Positions 61,658 to 64,000 of a stretch of 64,000 bases of DNA are shown piece by piece. The DNA comes from Podospora anserina (lineage: Eukaryota), in the NCBI GenBank assembly GCA_017654855.1, contig CM030333.1:2046001-2110000 (forward strand). Direction: 5' to 3'. The notes under the pieces are model-generated. The model was not told where the DNA came from. It saw only the letters and a program-made list of their open reading frames with translations, and searched no databases. The position numbers were made by a program, and so were the translations under genes. Position 1 is the first letter of the stretch. Every line of letters starts with the position of its first letter.

Positions 61658-62436
61658 TTTGGTGGGGGGTTAGTGGGTTGGAAAGGGGGGTGGTTAAGAG
61701 TTACCTGATGGTTGTTGAGGAGTTATGTGGTGAAATGAGTAGGTAAGTTGTTGATTTTCTTGCTGCTAATGAGTGATGGTAGTCAAGTTCGGGGCTCATA
61801 GGGGATCTTATATGCTTTTCGGGATGGGCCTCTTGTTGGCGACATTGTGCTATTTTAGATGCCGGCTTGCTTTGTTGTGACCCGCTGGTGGTCTTTCACA
61901 AGAAAGGTTTGGTTCAGGGACAGTCGGGAGAGAATGGTTTTGTGCTGTTTGGTGAAAGACATTGCCGTGACAAAGGTCAAAGAGTTGGGATGCATAAAAA
62001 TAAAACAGACAGGTAGGTTGAAATCATTCAATACCGTGTATGACGAAAGTAAATATCGCTGTTCAATGTGTCTGTCTGCTGTCCCTCATGCAACGAGGGT
62101 TCTTGTGGGGAGTTACTTGACCTGAAAGCCTGGACTTTGCATTTTAAGAGTTTCAGGAAAAGAGCACCTCTTTCTCAGACGTTTATCCATTGTGCCTGCA
62201 GTCTTGACTTGAATTGACGTCACAATATCCGGTAGCTTTGCGGAAGTTAAGCCAAGAGGCGCACACTTTAACCTTCTTCGAAGAAGCCACAGAAAAAGAA
62301 AATGGCACGTAAAAACTTTTTAAAGGGTTGGCCATTGGTTCTCATCGCTCATCATCGAATCACTCTCCCGACATAGATTCATAGCATAGCAATACCGTAT
62401 GCTACTCTACCCGTGTCGCAGTCTGCCAATTCAACC

Positions 62437-63564
62437 ATGTCAGATTCTTGTGGCGATGACCCCTTGCCCAAGCCCCCGATGGAGTTGGAAGTCAAATGCC
62501 GCAAAGCCCTTGAAAGATACGCAGCAATCACAAAGATGGATGGCACGAGACACTTCCCTTCAGACATTCACCGACAATCTGCCAACATCAGGACGTTCAA
62601 CACTCATGTCAGAGATCGTCGAACACGCGGTGAATCATGCTAAATTGAGACAATTGAGAAATTTCTTGTTGGATGCCATTCTCAAACCAGGTACCGCAGC
62701 TCCCCCTATTCTTCATCCCCATCTCGCAAATACTGACAATGTGCATAAAAAGTACGAAACCGGTACCACAAAGCTCGCCTGACCATGACAGCCGCACTGG
62801 CCCCTGATTTTGACCAGGATATTGACAAGCATATCGCCACAATGGCCGAAAGGTCACGCCCCAAAAAAGGGCGTCAATATCTCAGACAACAATACCTTCT
62901 TAGAGATGACCGCCGCTGTATCATGACTGGTTAGTATGAGAGACGCTACCTTGCCTCCCTATCTCCGCAAGACTAAGCAACTAAGTTCCGTAGCACTATT
63001 TCACTGTATTCACATCCTCTCTTCTACAATTTTCAACTGTGGCGACAACAAATCCACCAGAGTTAGTCCACCTCAAGGTCCACCCACCTCAATATTAACC
63101 CAACTGACACGAGCCTACTGATCCAGGCTCGTCAAAGTACAGCTACGTGGTGGGCCCTCCGTCGGTACTTCGACCTTTCCGACCGCAACTTCCACCCAGA
63201 TATCCTCCACGGGCCCGAAAATACCATATCCCTCACGATTGAGTTCGTCAAGGAGTACCGCCAGTTCCGGATAGCTTTGGAACCAGGAGAAGGCAATGGA
63301 AATATCTACACCTGCCGTATCATGGATCCAGAGACCCGGAGCATGTCTGTAGATCATTTTGCTCCCCAAGATCAGCCCATCACCTTGACGCATCATGACA
63401 ACATTCCAATGCCCAGTAGGGACCTTCTTAGAATACATCATACCTTGGGTAAAATCTTTCATGTGAGCAAAACCACCGCTGAATCTATGACCAGAGTGCT
63501 GACTTGTGTGTAGGCTGAGCCACGTTTGAACTGGAACGTGATGATTGAAGAAGCAGGTTGTTGA
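62437..63564 (+). pseudogene. Fungal HNH-endonuclease-like (HNH_2) gene with a +1 frameshift
   Basis: Introns 62692-62752, 62930-62993, 63062-63126, 63463-63513; LLRDDRRCIMT, CIHIL, GPENTISL, IPMPSRDLLRIHHTLGKIFH; extra C in TTCCCTT near 62556; the last HNH His position appears to be Val. Confidence 0.7.
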
Positions 63565-64000
63565 TGGGATATATTCAGCATGTATGATCTTAGTATCTAT
63601 GTAACAGCTTCCTTGCGGGATCTATATGGCTTGATATTGATGGAGATGGATAGCTATTCAAGAAGGCGGACGCCGAGAGTAGTGAAATATACATTACGCC
63701 TACCCAATAAAAGCCAAAGGAAGGTGTGCAGAAAGAAGGCTATACTCTGTAAGCCATTAGCCAACGGCATACACTGTTTAAACCAGCATCACCTATAACC
63801 ATAACCCTAACCCGTCACCCCGTGCCCCCCTACTCCCTCTCCTTCACCCATTCCCTCATGCACCTCTTTCTCTCCTGAAGACGGGACCCAATTTTACACT
63901 CAACCTTTCTCACACACAACCCTCTACTCACTACCCATCCTTTCCTCCCCGCATCCTCTCACACCATTCACAACCACCAACTGGACCTTTCCCCTCAGAA

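Noticed and set aside
63793-63820. Telomere-like TAACC/CCCTAACCC words (also GGTTAGGGTTA near 29119)
   Set aside because: Fewer than two perfect units; expected by chance in C-rich sequence.

Overview
Eukaryotic, intron-containing DNA from a filamentous ascomycete. Short GT-AG introns with CTRAC branch sites and the HET/NLR/Hce2 gene content suggest a Sordariomycete such as Podospora; this is inference, as no search was run. Conserved housekeeping blocks lie at both ends. Left: RPT2, UBC1, succinyl-CoA ligase alpha, ELP3. Right: fasciclin protein, OCRL-like 5-phosphatase, DCP1, SWI5, RNase T1-type. Between them is a ~42 kb accessory region with two Ecp2/Hce2 secreted proteins, an intron-containing tRNA-Leu(CAG), a HET-domain gene, two NLR-type STAND genes, a sugar transporter, a LovD/beta-lactamase-family enzyme, membrane proteins and several damaged genes. 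Most notable: (1) an unannotated 378-aa membrane protein at 15390-16648 whose two ectodomain-flanking segments align without gaps to the signature segments of animal PAC/TMEM206 and ASIC/ENaC trimeric channels; (2) an NB-ARC-TPR NLR whose ~1020-codon frame is broken only by two TAG codons, one at a conserved Trp position, making it a candidate for A-to-I stop correction; (3) every in-frame premature stop found in the region is TAG. All family assignments come from motif recognition by eye.
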